Source: Candidatus Latescibacterota bacterium (GTDB lineage: Bacteria; Latescibacterota; UBA2968; UBA8231). From it: a stretch of DNA of 64,000 nt. A program made the position numbers and the translations under genes. The notes below the pieces were generated by a model. That model was given only the letters and a program-made list of their open reading frames with translations, ran no database searches and was not told the DNA's origin. The DNA is taken from positions 1 to 64,000 of the forward strand of contig CBDCXV010000011.1 in assembly GCA_965223905.1 (NCBI GenBank), read 5' to 3'. Below are positions 19,606-30,161 of the stretch, one piece after another; positions within the stretch are counted from its first letter, which is position 1; the number at the start of each line of letters is the position of its first letter.

Positions 19606-20886
19606 TCAGAAGACCTGCGAGAAGGTGATGTAGGTGCCGGTGCCGCCTCCCGAGGAGCCGTAGTCGGCGCGGATGATCGTGCTCTGCCAGTGGAAGCGCA
19701 GCCCCAGGCCGGCCCCGCGGCGCCACTGGTCGCGGGCAGGCAGCTCGCCGCGGCCGAAGATCTGGCCGGCGTCGGCGAACAGCAGCGCCCCGAGGTAGAT
19801 GTTCTCCGCCGCGGACAGGCGCAGGCCGCGCCAGCGCAGCTCCCCGTTGAGGAGCACCCGCGCACTGCCGCGGTCGCGGGCCTGGGGAAGGCCGCGGACC
19901 GTGCTGCTGCCCCCCAGCTCGAGCTCCTCGAAGAACGGCAGGTCCCCGGCGGTCCAGTCGCAGGCGAGCCGGTGTGCGGCGACGATGCCGGAAACCGGGG
20001 AGGCGAAGTGGCGGTGCTCGAGGTGGGCCCTGAGGCCGTTGTAGTCCCCCTCGGCGCCGATGGTGTACTCGACGAGGAGCTCCTCGAGCAGGCCGGCGGA
20101 GCTGTCGTTGTAGTTGTCCCGGGTGTCGTAGCGCAGCGAGGCGTCGACCTGGGCGAGGGGGCCGCCGTCGGCGCCGAGCGGGTTCTGCTCATGCAGGATG
20201 TTGCCGGCGCCGGCGTTCGGGGTGATCCGGTACCAGGTCAGGCGGCTGCCGAGCCGCAGCCTCCACGGGGTGGACTCGCGCCGCGATCCCAGTTTCCGGA
20301 TCCACCTCAGCTTGAGCTCGGGGAAGGCCTGTGAGAAGGTCTTGTGGTCGCGGTGGAGGCTGTCGGTCTTCGCCTTCGAGAGGCCGCCGTAGTAGTTGGC
20401 GAACTCCTCCTTCTCGAACACGAACTCCAGCTCGAGGCGGTCGGCTCCGCCGCGGAACCGCGGCGTGTCCATCAGCAGCCGGTGCACCCACTTCCCCCGG
20501 GCGGTGAAGAACAGCTGCGCCGAGTACTTGCGGCGGTAGGGGACGGTGCGGCCGTCGTACTCGTAGAGATTGGCGCGCAGCCCGTACCCGGTCCCGTCGT
20601 CGGTGCTGTAGTTCCACAGCGGCACCGCGGTCGGCCGCCAGCCGGTGCTTTCGTGGACGGCCGAGGCCTCGCCCGGGGCCGGCCGCAGCAGCAGTGCAGC
20701 GAGCGCGCAGAAGAGCCCGGAGAGCAGGGTGCGGCCGGTCCGGGAACGGTGGGGGAACCTGGACGGATCCGGATGATTGGCCTTGTCCGGCCTGCCGCAA
20801 CGGGCTGGTTGCTGATTTGTAGCGCGCTCTCCCGGAATCCCTGGTTCGGTCCGGTAATCACTTCTATCTCTTTGTCGCATAACCAT
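19606..20886 (-). CDS. Omp85/TamA-like outer-membrane beta-barrel without obvious POTRA domains
   Basis: LRYDTRDN, LGGSSTVRG, FADAGQ, GAGLGLR, terminal Phe (ITFSQVF). Exact start uncertain. Confidence 0.85.
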   Translation of the reverse strand: MVMRQRDRSDYRTEPGIPGERATNQQPARCGRPDKANHPDPSRFPHRSRTGRTLLSGLFCALAALLLRPAPGEASAVHESTGWRPTAVPLWNYSTDDGTGYGLRANLYEYDGRTVPYRRKYSAQLFFTARGKWVHRLLMDTPRFRGGADRLELEFVFEKEEFANYYGGLSKAKTDSLHRDHKTFSQAFPELKLRWIRKLGSRRESTPWRLRLGSRLTWYRITPNAGAGNILHEQNPLGADGGPLAQVDASLRYDTRDNYNDSSAGLLEELLVEYTIGAEGDYNGLRAHLEHRHFASPVSGIVAAHRLACDWTAGDLPFFEELELGGSSTVRGLPQARDRGSARVLLNGELRWRGLRLSAAENIYLGALLFADAGQIFGRGELPARDQWRRGAGLGLRFHWQSTIIRADYGSSGGGTGTYITFSQVF

Positions 20887-20896
20887 ATCCGATCTC

Positions 20897-22093
20897 CTAT
20901 CTGCGCTGGCTCATGAGTGCGCGCCCGATGCCCCAGATCTCGAACAGACCCGGAATGACGTCGACAACCAGGGCGTGCAGCGACGACCGGTCGATCTTCA
21001 GGTCGACGTGGGAGAAGAGATCGAGGATCGATACGTCGGGAGGGGGCGCGTTCGGCAGGTCCGCGGCCAGCGCCAGGCTTTCCGGGTAGGGAATGACCTT
21101 GTCGGCGCTGCTGTGGGCGATCAGCAGCTTCGTCCTTACTCCCGGGGTGTGATGGTGCAGGGAGAAGGTGTCGATCCAGCTGCGGAAAGCCCGCGGCAAC
21201 CGCGGGAACAGCGAGTCGAAGCGGGCCGGGTCGGTGTTGGCGGTGAACTCGAGCATGAGGCGTTCATCCGCCGAGAAGGTCGCCCGCAGCTCCGGGTCGT
21301 CGTGCGAGGGGGAGCGCGCGCGGGCGGCCACGAAGGCGGCGAAGTCGGCGCGGCCCGGGGAGCCGGGCACGAGGTCGAGGTTGCCGCGCAGGAGCCGCCA
21401 GCGATTGCGCCGGCTGCCCGGGGCGGCGCCCACCGCGGGAAGCCCCGGGGCATCGTAGGAGCCGGTCAGGGCGAAGCGCAGGGTGCGCCGCATGTCGTAG
21501 TAGCTCCCGAAGATCAGGCCGAAGCGGACCTTGTCGCGCAGATTCGGCCGGCCCAGGGCCATCAGCACCGGACCGGCGCTGAAGCTCGGGGCGATCACGC
21601 CGACCCGTTCGCCGTCGACGAGGGCGGATTCGAGCAGGAATTCGAGGCAGGCGGCCACCGCATCGATGTCCTCGAACCCCAGCCGGTAGCTCTTCATCTG
21701 CATCAGGTCCGGGGCCATCACCGCGAACCCGGAGCGCGCCAGCCGCCGGGCCATGGCGATCACGCGGGCGTCGCGGTAGCCCTCGTGGACGAGCCCGTGG
21801 GTCAGCAGGAACGCCGGCAGGCGCTCCCCGTCGGCGACCAGCTCCGCGGCCGGACGCGGGCTGTAGAAGTCGAATGGGATGCGCAGGCCGCCTTCTGCCG
21901 CCAGCTCACTGCTGCTGACCTTCGCTTCGGGAGTGAGGCGGTCGAACAGGGTGGTGCGCTCTCCGGCGACGAAGTCCCTGAGAAAGAGCAGTCCCCAGCA
22001 GGCGTCGCGGGCGGCCGGTATCAGCAGAACCAGCAGGAGGATTCCGAGCGCGGCGATGGCGCCCCGGACAAGGAGATCGGCGGCGGTGTTCAT
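20897..22093 (-). CDS. Membrane-anchored alpha/beta-hydrolase-fold protein
   Basis: N-terminal TM segment; LLTHG, GFAVMAPDL, nucleophile-elbow-like IAPSFSAG, HSSADKVIP, FSHVD. Confidence 0.7.
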   Translation of the reverse strand: MNTAADLLVRGAIAALGILLLVLLIPAARDACWGLLFLRDFVAGERTTLFDRLTPEAKVSSSELAAEGGLRIPFDFYSPRPAAELVADGERLPAFLLTHGLVHEGYRDARVIAMARRLARSGFAVMAPDLMQMKSYRLGFEDIDAVAACLEFLLESALVDGERVGVIAPSFSAGPVLMALGRPNLRDKVRFGLIFGSYYDMRRTLRFALTGSYDAPGLPAVGAAPGSRRNRWRLLRGNLDLVPGSPGRADFAAFVAARARSPSHDDPELRATFSADERLMLEFTANTDPARFDSLFPRLPRAFRSWIDTFSLHHHTPGVRTKLLIAHSSADKVIPYPESLALAADLPNAPPPDVSILDLFSHVDLKIDRSSLHALVVDVIPGLFEIWGIGRALMSQRR

Positions 22094-22187
22094 GCGGTCG
22101 CTTCCCGGCAGGGAGGCGTTTGATTCGGCGTCCCCCCCTGCGGAAGTTCCCCACAAGACACGAACAACCGCATCGGAAGGCAACCGC

Positions 22188-22958
22188 ATGGGACTCGATG
22201 GAAAGACCGCCCTGGTCACCGGGGCGTCGGGAGGCATCGGCAGCTCGATCTGCCGCGTACTCGCCCGCGCCGGAGCCGGGATAGCCGTCCATTACAACAC
22301 CCGGGAGGAGCCGGCGAGACAGCTCGCCGGGAGCCTGACCGCGGCCGGCAGCGAAGCGCGGCTGTTTCAGGCCGACCTGGTCGATCCGGACGCCTGCACC
22401 CGTCTCGTGGAGGAGGCGGCCGCGGCCATGGGGGGAATGCAGATTCTCGTCAACAACGCCGGAGTCGCCGTCGGGGGCGAGAATGCGGTCGACATTTCAC
22501 TTGACCAGTGGCATCAGACTATGGATGCCAACCTCAACAGCGCCTTCTACATGTGCCGCGCGGGAATTCTGGAGATGCGGACCCGGGGCGGGGGCTGCAT
22601 CGTCAACATCTCCTCCAACGTCATCAACACCCTCCCCGGGGGAAGCGCCGCCTACGGCACCTCGAAGGCCGGGCTCGTCGCCCTGACGAAGGTCCTTTCC
22701 AAGGAGGAGGCCCTCAACGGCATCCGCATCAACTCGATCTCGCCGGGCATGATCGACGCCGGCATGGGGCGGGGCGCCCTGGCGAGGCGGGACCCCGAGG
22801 TGAGGGAGCAGTTCCTGCGCTCGATTCCGCTGGGCCGGGCAGGCAGCGCCGACGAGGTCGCGGAGGTGGTCCTGTTCCTCTGTTCCGACGGGGCGAGCTA
22901 CGTCACCGGCCAGAACTTCAACGTCAACGGCGGGGACCGCTCCGAGTCGTACCAGTAA
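22188..22958 (+). CDS. SDR oxidoreductase (FabG-like)
   Basis: TGASGGIG, LVNNAG, YGTSK, YVTGQNFNVNGG. Confidence 0.93.
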   Translation: MGLDGKTALVTGASGGIGSSICRVLARAGAGIAVHYNTREEPARQLAGSLTAAGSEARLFQADLVDPDACTRLVEEAAAAMGGMQILVNNAGVAVGGENAVDISLDQWHQTMDANLNSAFYMCRAGILEMRTRGGGCIVNISSNVINTLPGGSAAYGTSKAGLVALTKVLSKEEALNGIRINSISPGMIDAGMGRGALARRDPEVREQFLRSIPLGRAGSADEVAEVVLFLCSDGASYVTGQNFNVNGGDRSESYQ

Positions 22959-23162
22959 CGGGGTAAGGCGAAAAAAGGGAGGAAGGCCGCGAGGGCAGGC
23001 AGAATGCCCTCCGCGCGAGGGTCCGGGTGCGAAACCGGGGTCCGGGACAGGTTCGAGGGGAAACCGCAGGGAGGATCCGGCCGAATCGAACCGGGATTTC
23101 TGTCGAAATGCGAAGGCGGCCCGGTTCAGGCGCAACCGCCCCCGGATATCAGTGTCCCGATA

Positions 23163-23366
23163 TCAGCGTCCCCTGGAGCGCGTGAAGGCGTAGATCAGGG
23201 CCGCCACCGCGTACAGGTACAGGGCATTCCATTCGAACAGGTAGAAGGCGCCGACGGCGACGAAGCCCGCCATGATCCATCTCTCTTTGCCGCTCAAAGG
23301 TTTCCTCCTTCGCGCTGGTGTCCTGACCCGGAAAGAGGCCGGGATCGGGCCGCCGAGGGGAAGCAT
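23163..23366 (-). CDS. Small hypothetical membrane protein (or fragment)
   Basis: C-terminal hydrophobic hairpin WIMAGFVAVGAFYLFEWNALYLYAVAALIYAF; start uncertain. Confidence 0.35.
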   Translation of the reverse strand: MLPLGGPIPASFRVRTPARRRKPLSGKERWIMAGFVAVGAFYLFEWNALYLYAVAALIYAFTRSRGR

Positions 23367-23434
23367 CGGCGGAAGAATCGGAAGATGATGATGGGAAGGG
23401 GCACTTGGTGACCGATCGTTGTTTCCCGGGGCCT

Positions 23435-24414
23435 CTACTGCCAGGGCACGGTCAGGCCGGACTCCCCGGCAAGGGCTTCCAGGGCGTCGGCGGCCTGCCG
23501 GCAGATCGGGACCCCTTCCACCGAATAGGCCCGTTCTCTCCTCCATTCCGGGTCTCCCGGGAGATCGGCGCGGTCGTACCCGGGAAACGGCGTCATCTGC
23601 GAAACCGCCCCCATCAGCTGCCCCACGTCCTGCTCGAACGCCTCCACCGGCACGAAGCGCTCGACGTCGAGAGCGGTGAAGAACCCCGACTGGTCGGCTC
23701 CCGTGAACTCGAGATTGCGGCGGTCGAAGCGGGACAGCATCTGCCCCCCCAGGGTGCCGCTGAGGATGTTGGCCACGTGGGACAGCCCCACGCCGCGAAA
23801 GTAGAGCTCCGGGTACCTGGCGAACACCTCCTCGTCCCAGGGGATGCCGCTGGAGAAGTCGAGGAGGAAATCGGGGTGGCCGGCATCGGAAGGCGTCCCG
23901 AAGGCGAGCGGGGGCTGCCCTGTATCGACCCCTGCGGAGTCGCCTCCGCCGGGTAGGAGGGAGCGCAGCTGCGCCCGGAGAAGGCGATGCCGACGAGGTG
24001 CTCGCGCAGGGCCATGCGCACGTATTTGCCGGCGCTGCCTATGTGGTCGTGGCAGGTCGTGGTGACCACCCCGACTCCGCAGGCGCGGGCCTTTTCGATC
24101 GCCATGCCCATCGCCTCGGAGGCGACGACGATGCCGAGACCGCCGTCCTCGGAAAGGGCCGCGGTGGCCGGCCCGTCGCGCAACACCTCGATCTCCGGGA
24201 CGGGGTTGATGGTGCGTTTCTGAAAACCGCGCGCGTAGCGCTCGACCTGGAGGACGCCGTGGCTGACCACGCCGCGCAAGTCGGTGTCGACGAGAAGGCG
24301 TGCGATCAGCTCGGCGTGCTCTTCCGGAACCGGCACGGCGCCGAAGATGTCGCCGACCAGCTTCTGCAGCCCCTGCGGATCGACAGTGACCCCGTCGGTG
24401 GGGGGAAGGTTCAT
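23435..24414 (-). pseudogene. Ldh_2 (malate/L-lactate dehydrogenase-like) oxidoreductase, frameshift in G5 run at 23910-23914
   Basis: DLRGVVSHG, HDHIGSAG in the first frame; PLAFG, LLDFSS, LPGDPE in the second. One extra C on the minus strand restores the frame. Confidence 0.8.
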
Positions 24415-24582
24415 TTCCGGTCTCCAGTCTTCGCAAGAGTCATGGAGTTTCGCGCGCCGAGTTTCGCGCGCCCGCCTGCCCGAAGCCGGGTAGGCCGCCT
24501 GCCGGCAACCGCATATCTTCAAAACGGCCTCCAAGAGGGGCCTCAAGGTACGGTGGACGAACCAGCATCGAAAGAGGGGCGA

Positions 24583-25116
24583 ATGCAGCCGAACTCACGC
24601 CCTGCGTGGGAGCAGTACTACATGGGGATCGCCATGTCGGTGCGCTCCCGCGCCGACTGCCTCGGCAACCGCGTCGGGGCGATTCTCGTGCTCGACGACC
24701 GCATCATTTCGACGGGGTACAACGGCACCCCGGCGAACATGACGAACTGCACCGACGGGGGCTGCGAGCGCTGCGCCGACCGCGAGCGCTACAAGTCGGG
24801 CAGCCGTTACGACCTGTGCATCTGCGTCCACGCCGAGCAGAATGCCCTCCTCGCCGCGGCGAGATTCGGCATCGCCACGGAAGGGGCCGTCCTCCACTCG
24901 ACGATGCGCCCCTGCTTCGGGTGCACGAAGGAGCTGCTGCAGGCCGGCGTCCAGGGGGTGCACTACCTGCACGGGTGGGAGTACCCGGACGCGGCGATGC
25001 AGACGCAGTACGCCTGTCTGCAGTCGCAGTTCTCCAGGGGAGTTCACGCGGTCGCCATCGAGGACCCCGAGGCGGAATGGGCGGTATCGCGGATGCGGGA
25101 AGGCCGCGCCGGCTAG
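24583..25116 (+). CDS. dCMP deaminase / ComEB family
   Basis: RPAWEQYYM, STGYNGTP, CVHAEQNA, PCFGC. Confidence 0.93.
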   Translation: MQPNSRPAWEQYYMGIAMSVRSRADCLGNRVGAILVLDDRIISTGYNGTPANMTNCTDGGCERCADRERYKSGSRYDLCICVHAEQNALLAAARFGIATEGAVLHSTMRPCFGCTKELLQAGVQGVHYLHGWEYPDAAMQTQYACLQSQFSRGVHAVAIEDPEAEWAVSRMREGRAG

Positions 25117-26684
25117 TGCGCGGGGCCCTCCCGCTCTTTCTCTTCCTCCTTCCGGCGCTGGTCCGGGGCGCCGGGGAGCCGGCCCTCGCCGCTGACGAGG
25201 ACGCGGCACGGGTCGTCGCCACCGTCGACTGGAGCATCGCCGTCGACGGCGATCTCAACGAATGGGGCCCCGCCGACTGCATATCGATGGATCCCGCCGG
25301 CGAGCGCGTCGGACAACGCGGGGTATTCACCGGCTGGCCGGAGCACGAGGCGGATGTCTGCACCTGCTGGGACGCCGCCAACTTGTACGTCGCCGTCGCC
25401 GTCACCGACGATGCCCTCGACGCTGCCCGCGTTCCCCCCGAAAGGCGCAAGGTGCGCGCGAGGGGCAGCGAGAAGAACGCCATGTTCTACTACGATCACC
25501 TCAAGGTCTTCGTGCGCGGCCCCGGGGAGGACACCGGGTTGAACATCTGGGTCTCGCCGCTGCCGGGGAACGGGGAGGCCTTCTCCTGGGGGGGAAGGCA
25601 GCGCACCGAGCCGGCAGCCGGGATCCCGGTGCAAGCCGCTTCCCAGGGCCGGCCGGGCCTCTACACCTACGAGCTGGCGCTTCCCTGGTCCTGGCTCGAG
25701 CTCCACCCGTTCCCGGAGATGGTGCTGGACGCCATGTTCCTGGTGACCGACAGCGACCGACCCAGGGAGTCCCTGCACGGGAAGATCGCCCTCGATGCCT
25801 CGGGCAAGGAGGCCTCGAAGTGGATCTGGTGGCGCCACCGGATCGCCCTCAGCGGCGAGCCCCCCGGACTGGAGCCTCCCCCGCCGCCGCCGAAGGAGCC
25901 GGAGTCCCCGCTCGAACGCCCGGTGACCGAACCTGCACCCGACCTGGTGTCGGTCCGGGTCGGCGACGGCATCGCCCGTCTGCAGGCGCGCCGCGACAGC
26001 CTGGCCGCGGCCGAAAAGGCTGCCGCCGAAGCGGCCCGGGAGGCCGAAGCCGCGGCAAGGGAGGCACGCGCCAGGGGCTTGGGGGCTTCCGGGACTGCCT
26101 CTCGGCAGGACGCGGCGGTGCCTTCGGAGGCGGGAGCGCAGCCCCCGGGTTCTTCGGTAACCGTGGAGTCCCTGCGCCGCCTCGGGGCCAAAAACCGCGG
26201 CATGCTGGCGCGCCCCGCCGGGATAGAGATTCCGCCATGGGTGCGGGAGGTCGAGCGCGCCGAAGGGATGTCCGCCGCGGCCGCCGACACCGTGGTGACC
26301 CAGGTACTGCGCGCCCTGTCGAGGCTGGTTCAGCAGGATATCGCCGGCCGCACCGACGTGTTCGTCATCGACCCGGCGCGGGCGATCGGCATCGAGCGCG
26401 CCAAGGTGCGGATGTTTCTGGGACAGCTGGCCGAACGGGCGCGGGGGGAGATCGAGGAGCCGGACGGGAAACTGCGCGCCGCGGTGGACGCCGCCGCGGC
26501 CGCTTCCGGGATAGAGCCGGCTGCGGCGGCGCGGCTGCTCGGAGAGATCCTCGCGGCGTCCGGCAAGCTGTATGGCGCGGGAAAGATCAGCACCACCAGG
26601 GAGCTGGTGAAGAAGGCGCGCAAGAAGGCCCGCCTCGACGAGCAGCAGGCGGACCGGTTTCTCAAGACGCTGTTAATCTGGTAG
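25116..26684 (+). CDS. Secreted protein: CBM9-like N-terminal domain, Pro/Ala linker, helical C-terminal domain
   Basis: Signal-like LPLFLFLLPALVRG; IAVDGDLNEW, WDAANLYVAVAVTDD, YTYELALPW; PPPPPP linker. Confidence 0.65.
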   Translation: MRGALPLFLFLLPALVRGAGEPALAADEDAARVVATVDWSIAVDGDLNEWGPADCISMDPAGERVGQRGVFTGWPEHEADVCTCWDAANLYVAVAVTDDALDAARVPPERRKVRARGSEKNAMFYYDHLKVFVRGPGEDTGLNIWVSPLPGNGEAFSWGGRQRTEPAAGIPVQAASQGRPGLYTYELALPWSWLELHPFPEMVLDAMFLVTDSDRPRESLHGKIALDASGKEASKWIWWRHRIALSGEPPGLEPPPPPPKEPESPLERPVTEPAPDLVSVRVGDGIARLQARRDSLAAAEKAAAEAAREAEAAAREARARGLGASGTASRQDAAVPSEAGAQPPGSSVTVESLRRLGAKNRGMLARPAGIEIPPWVREVERAEGMSAAAADTVVTQVLRALSRLVQQDIAGRTDVFVIDPARAIGIERAKVRMFLGQLAERARGEIEEPDGKLRAAVDAAAAASGIEPAAAARLLGEILAASGKLYGAGKISTTRELVKKARKKARLDEQQADRFLKTLLIW

Positions 26685-26914
26685 GGCCAGATCCCGTGGC
26701 AGGATCGGCGCCCAGGGCTGCGGTAGACTGAGCTTTCGCCCGGATCTCCGGCCCGCAGCCAGGCCCGGCCTGTCCGAGCCCGCCCCCGGGTTCGTCCCGT
26801 CGCCGAGGTTGACCCGGATGCCCCCCTGTTTCACCTTCCTTAAGTAATCTTTTTACAGACAGTTACAGCCCCTCGGAACCCGGGAAACCTTACCCGCCAC
26901 GACCTGCCCGCCGA

Positions 26915-27970
26915 ATGCCCCTTCTGCACCCCGAGCACCTATCCGAGACCTGCCGGAGCCTGTTCCGCGCCGCCCAGGTCCCTGCCCCGGAAGCCGCCGC
27001 CGTCGCCTCCCGCCTGGTCGAGGCGAACCGGCTCGGCCACGATTCCCACGGCGTCATCAGGGTGCCGCAGTACCTGAAGGCGATCGAGGACGGGGAGGTG
27101 GTGCCCGCGGCCGCCGTCGAGACCGTGGCGGAAACCCCGGCCTCGGCAACCCTCGACGGCAACTGGGGGTTCGGCCAGGTAGTCGCCGGCCGCGCTGTCG
27201 AGCTGGCGGTGGCGAAAGCGCGCCAATACGGGCTGGCCGCGGTGACCGTCCGCCGCAGCTACCACATCGGCCGCCTCGGGGCCTACGTCGAGGAGATGGC
27301 GCGGCAGCAGCAGATCGGGCTGCTGGCGGCCAACGCCCACGGCCGGGGAGCGATAATCGCCCCGTGGGGGGGCGCCGAGGGCCGCCTGGCGACGAACCCG
27401 CTGGCGGTCGGCATCCCTACCGGGGATCCGCAGGCCCCGATCGTCCTCGACATGACCACCAGCGCGGTAGCCGAGGGCAAGGTCAGGGTCAAGCTCAACG
27501 CAGGCGAGCCGGTACCCGACGGGTGGATGCTCGACGGCAACGGAAAGCCGACCAACGACCCGGCGGACCTCTACTCCGAGCCGCGCGGAACCATCCTTCC
27601 CTTCGGGGGGGCCGCGGGCCACAAGGGGTACGGGCTCGGGGTGATCGTCGACCTGCTCGGAGGGGCCCTCAGCGGCGCCGGAACCACCGGGCATGCGCGG
27701 GCGCGCCTCGGCAACGGCTGCTTCCTGCTGGCGCTCGACGTGCGCCAGTTCCTCCCTTTCGGGGATTTCGCCGCCGAAGTCGACGATTTCGTCCGCTACC
27801 TGAAATCGACGCCGCCGATGGCCGGCTTCGAGGAGGTCCTGATCCCGGGGGAGGTCGAGCGCCGGCAGAACGCCCGCCGCGGCGAGGAGATCGCGGTGGA
27901 TGAGGAGACCTGGCGGCAGATCGCCGCCTGCGCGGAAAAGCTCGAGGTCGACCTCGATCCCCGCACCTGA
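26915..27970 (+). CDS. Ldh_2-family oxidoreductase
   Basis: GHDSHG, HIGRLG, TNPLAVG, LDMTTS, GHKGYGL, IPGEVE. Confidence 0.93.
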   Translation: MPLLHPEHLSETCRSLFRAAQVPAPEAAAVASRLVEANRLGHDSHGVIRVPQYLKAIEDGEVVPAAAVETVAETPASATLDGNWGFGQVVAGRAVELAVAKARQYGLAAVTVRRSYHIGRLGAYVEEMARQQQIGLLAANAHGRGAIIAPWGGAEGRLATNPLAVGIPTGDPQAPIVLDMTTSAVAEGKVRVKLNAGEPVPDGWMLDGNGKPTNDPADLYSEPRGTILPFGGAAGHKGYGLGVIVDLLGGALSGAGTTGHARARLGNGCFLLALDVRQFLPFGDFAAEVDDFVRYLKSTPPMAGFEEVLIPGEVERRQNARRGEEIAVDEETWRQIAACAEKLEVDLDPRT

Positions 27971-27987
27971 AGGAGAAGGCAACAGCG

Positions 27988-29625
27988 ATGAAAGCTTCCG
28001 ACCTGTTCGTAAAGGCCCTCGAGGCCGAGGGTGTCCAGTTCGTGTTCGGCATCCCGGGGGAGGAGAACCTCGATCTGCTCGATTCCCTGCGGAAATCCAG
28101 CAGCATCCGGCTCATCCTGACGCGCCACGAGCAGGGGGCCGGCTTCATGGCGGCGACCCGCGGCAGGCTGACCGGCAAGACCGGGGTCTGCCTGTCGACC
28201 CTGGGGCCGGGAGCGACCAACTTCGTCACTGCCGCGGCCTACGCCCAACTCGGGGCGATGCCGATGATGATGATCACCGGCCAGAAGCCGATAAAGTCGA
28301 GCAAGCAGGGCCAGTTCCAGATCGTCGACGTCGTCGAGATGATGCGGCCGCTGACCAAGTTCACCCGGCAGATCGTCAGCGGCGCCCTGATACCCTCCAC
28401 GGTGCGCAAGGCCTTCCGGGTCGCCGAGGAAGAACGCCCCGGCGCCGTTCATCTCGAGTTGCCCGAAGACATCGCCGCCGAGGAGGTCGACGTGCCGCTG
28501 TTTCCCAAAGACCGGCCGCGGCGGCCGATCGCCGAGGAAAAGGCGGTCGCCCGGGCGGCCGAGATGATCGCCGCGGCCAAGCGCCCGCTGCTGGTCACCG
28601 GCGCCGGCTCCAACCGCAAGCGCACCTCCCGCATGCTGTCGCAGTTCATCGACAAGACCGGCATGCCGTTCTTCAGCACCCAGATGGGAAAGGGGGTGGT
28701 CGACGAGCGCCACCCCCTCTATCTCGGCAACGCCGCGCTGTCGGCCAACGACTACCTGCACTGCGCCATCGAGCACGCCGACCTGATCATCAACGCCGGC
28801 CACGACGTCGTCGAGAAGCCCCCGTTCTTCATGCAGCACGGAGGCTTCGAGGTCATCCACATCAACTTTTCCTCCGCCTCCTTCGATCCGGTCTATTTCC
28901 CCGGCCACGAGGTGATCGGGGACATCGGCAACAGCCTGTGGCAGATCATGCAGCGGCTGGAGCGGCAGGATACCTGGGATTTCGATTACTTCGCCAAGGT
29001 CAGGAAGTACGCCGAGGTGCGGCTGCGGGAGGGCGAGGACGACGATTCCTTCCCGGTGCTGCCGCCGCGGCTGGTCTCGGCGGTGCGCGCGGTGATGCCG
29101 GACACCGGCATCCTCGCCCTCGACAACGGCGTGTACAAGATCTGGTTCGCCCTCAACTATCAGGCGCACGCCCCCAACACCGTGCTCCTCGACAACTCGC
29201 TAGCGGCCATGGGGGCCGGCCTGCCCTCGGCGATGGCGGCCAAGATCTGCAACCCTGACGAGAAGGTGATGGCGGTCTGCGGGGACGGCGGCTTCATGAT
29301 GAACTCCCAGGAGCTGGAGACCGCGGTCCGCCTCGGCCTGAACCTCGTCGTCGTCATCCTCAAGGACGACGGCTATGGAATGATAAAATGGAAGCAGCAG
29401 GACATGGGGCTGCCGGATTTCGGCCTCGACTACGGCAACCCGGATTTCGTCCGCTACGCCGAAAGCTACGGGGCCCACGGGCACCGCATACAGAAGACGG
29501 AGGAGCTGGAGCCGGTGCTGCGCCACTGTCTCTACCACCCGGGCGTCCACGTCGTCGAGATCCCCGTCGACTACAGCATCAACCCCCGGCTCCTGAGCAG
29601 GGAGCTGGAGTGTCCGGAGGAATGA
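27988..29625 (+). CDS. Acetolactate synthase large subunit-like TPP enzyme
   Basis: FGIPGEENL, RHEQGAGFMA, TLGPGATN, GDGGFMMNSQE. Confidence 0.93.
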   Translation: MKASDLFVKALEAEGVQFVFGIPGEENLDLLDSLRKSSSIRLILTRHEQGAGFMAATRGRLTGKTGVCLSTLGPGATNFVTAAAYAQLGAMPMMMITGQKPIKSSKQGQFQIVDVVEMMRPLTKFTRQIVSGALIPSTVRKAFRVAEEERPGAVHLELPEDIAAEEVDVPLFPKDRPRRPIAEEKAVARAAEMIAAAKRPLLVTGAGSNRKRTSRMLSQFIDKTGMPFFSTQMGKGVVDERHPLYLGNAALSANDYLHCAIEHADLIINAGHDVVEKPPFFMQHGGFEVIHINFSSASFDPVYFPGHEVIGDIGNSLWQIMQRLERQDTWDFDYFAKVRKYAEVRLREGEDDDSFPVLPPRLVSAVRAVMPDTGILALDNGVYKIWFALNYQAHAPNTVLLDNSLAAMGAGLPSAMAAKICNPDEKVMAVCGDGGFMMNSQELETAVRLGLNLVVVILKDDGYGMIKWKQQDMGLPDFGLDYGNPDFVRYAESYGAHGHRIQKTEELEPVLRHCLYHPGVHVVEIPVDYSINPRLLSRELECPEE

Positions 29626-30161
29626 GGACGCTATCAATGGCCGATGGGCGTACCGAAGAGGTCGTCGGGGAAGTGCTGGCGATCTTCGTATTTCCGGAAC
29701 AGCGGGCGCCCGCCACCCCGCTGTCCGAAGTCGAGGCCGTGGCCGGTCAGGGGCTGGCTGGCGACCATCCCCGCAATCCCCACCGGGCGGTAACGATGCT
29801 GTCGCAGCAGTCCTGGGAGGAGGCGTCGGCCCCGTTCGCCGGGACCCTGCCGCCCGAGACGCGGCGCGCCAACCTGCTGATCGGCGGGGACCTCGCCGGC
29901 ACCATCGGACGGCGCCTGCGTGTCGGCGAGGCCGAGCTGCTGATCCGGGGGGAGACCACCCCGTGCGAGCGCATGAACGAGGCCCGCGCCGGACTGCGGA
30001 AGATGCTCTCGGTGCGCATGCGGGGCGGCGTCTTCGGCCCGGTGGTCAAAGGCGGGCTGATCCGCGTCGGGGACCGGGTGACCGCCAGCGACTCTGCGGC
30101 GGAGTCCCTCCTGCAGGGGCAGCTGAAATTCCCCGCTGTCCGGGACGAGGTCGGTGGCTGA
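29622..30161 (+). CDS. MOSC-domain protein
   Basis: GLAGDH, RAVT, RRANLL, PCERM, RGGVF, IRVGD. Confidence 0.85.
   Translation: MRTLSMADGRTEEVVGEVLAIFVFPEQRAPATPLSEVEAVAGQGLAGDHPRNPHRAVTMLSQQSWEEASAPFAGTLPPETRRANLLIGGDLAGTIGRRLRVGEAELLIRGETTPCERMNEARAGLRKMLSVRMRGGVFGPVVKGGLIRVGDRVTASDSAAESLLQGQLKFPAVRDEVGG

Noticed and set aside
26839-26848. CTTAAGTAAT identical to part of the ISKra4-type left TIR
   Set aside because: Only 10 bp, lacking the terminal GGG and a partner end; compatible with chance.
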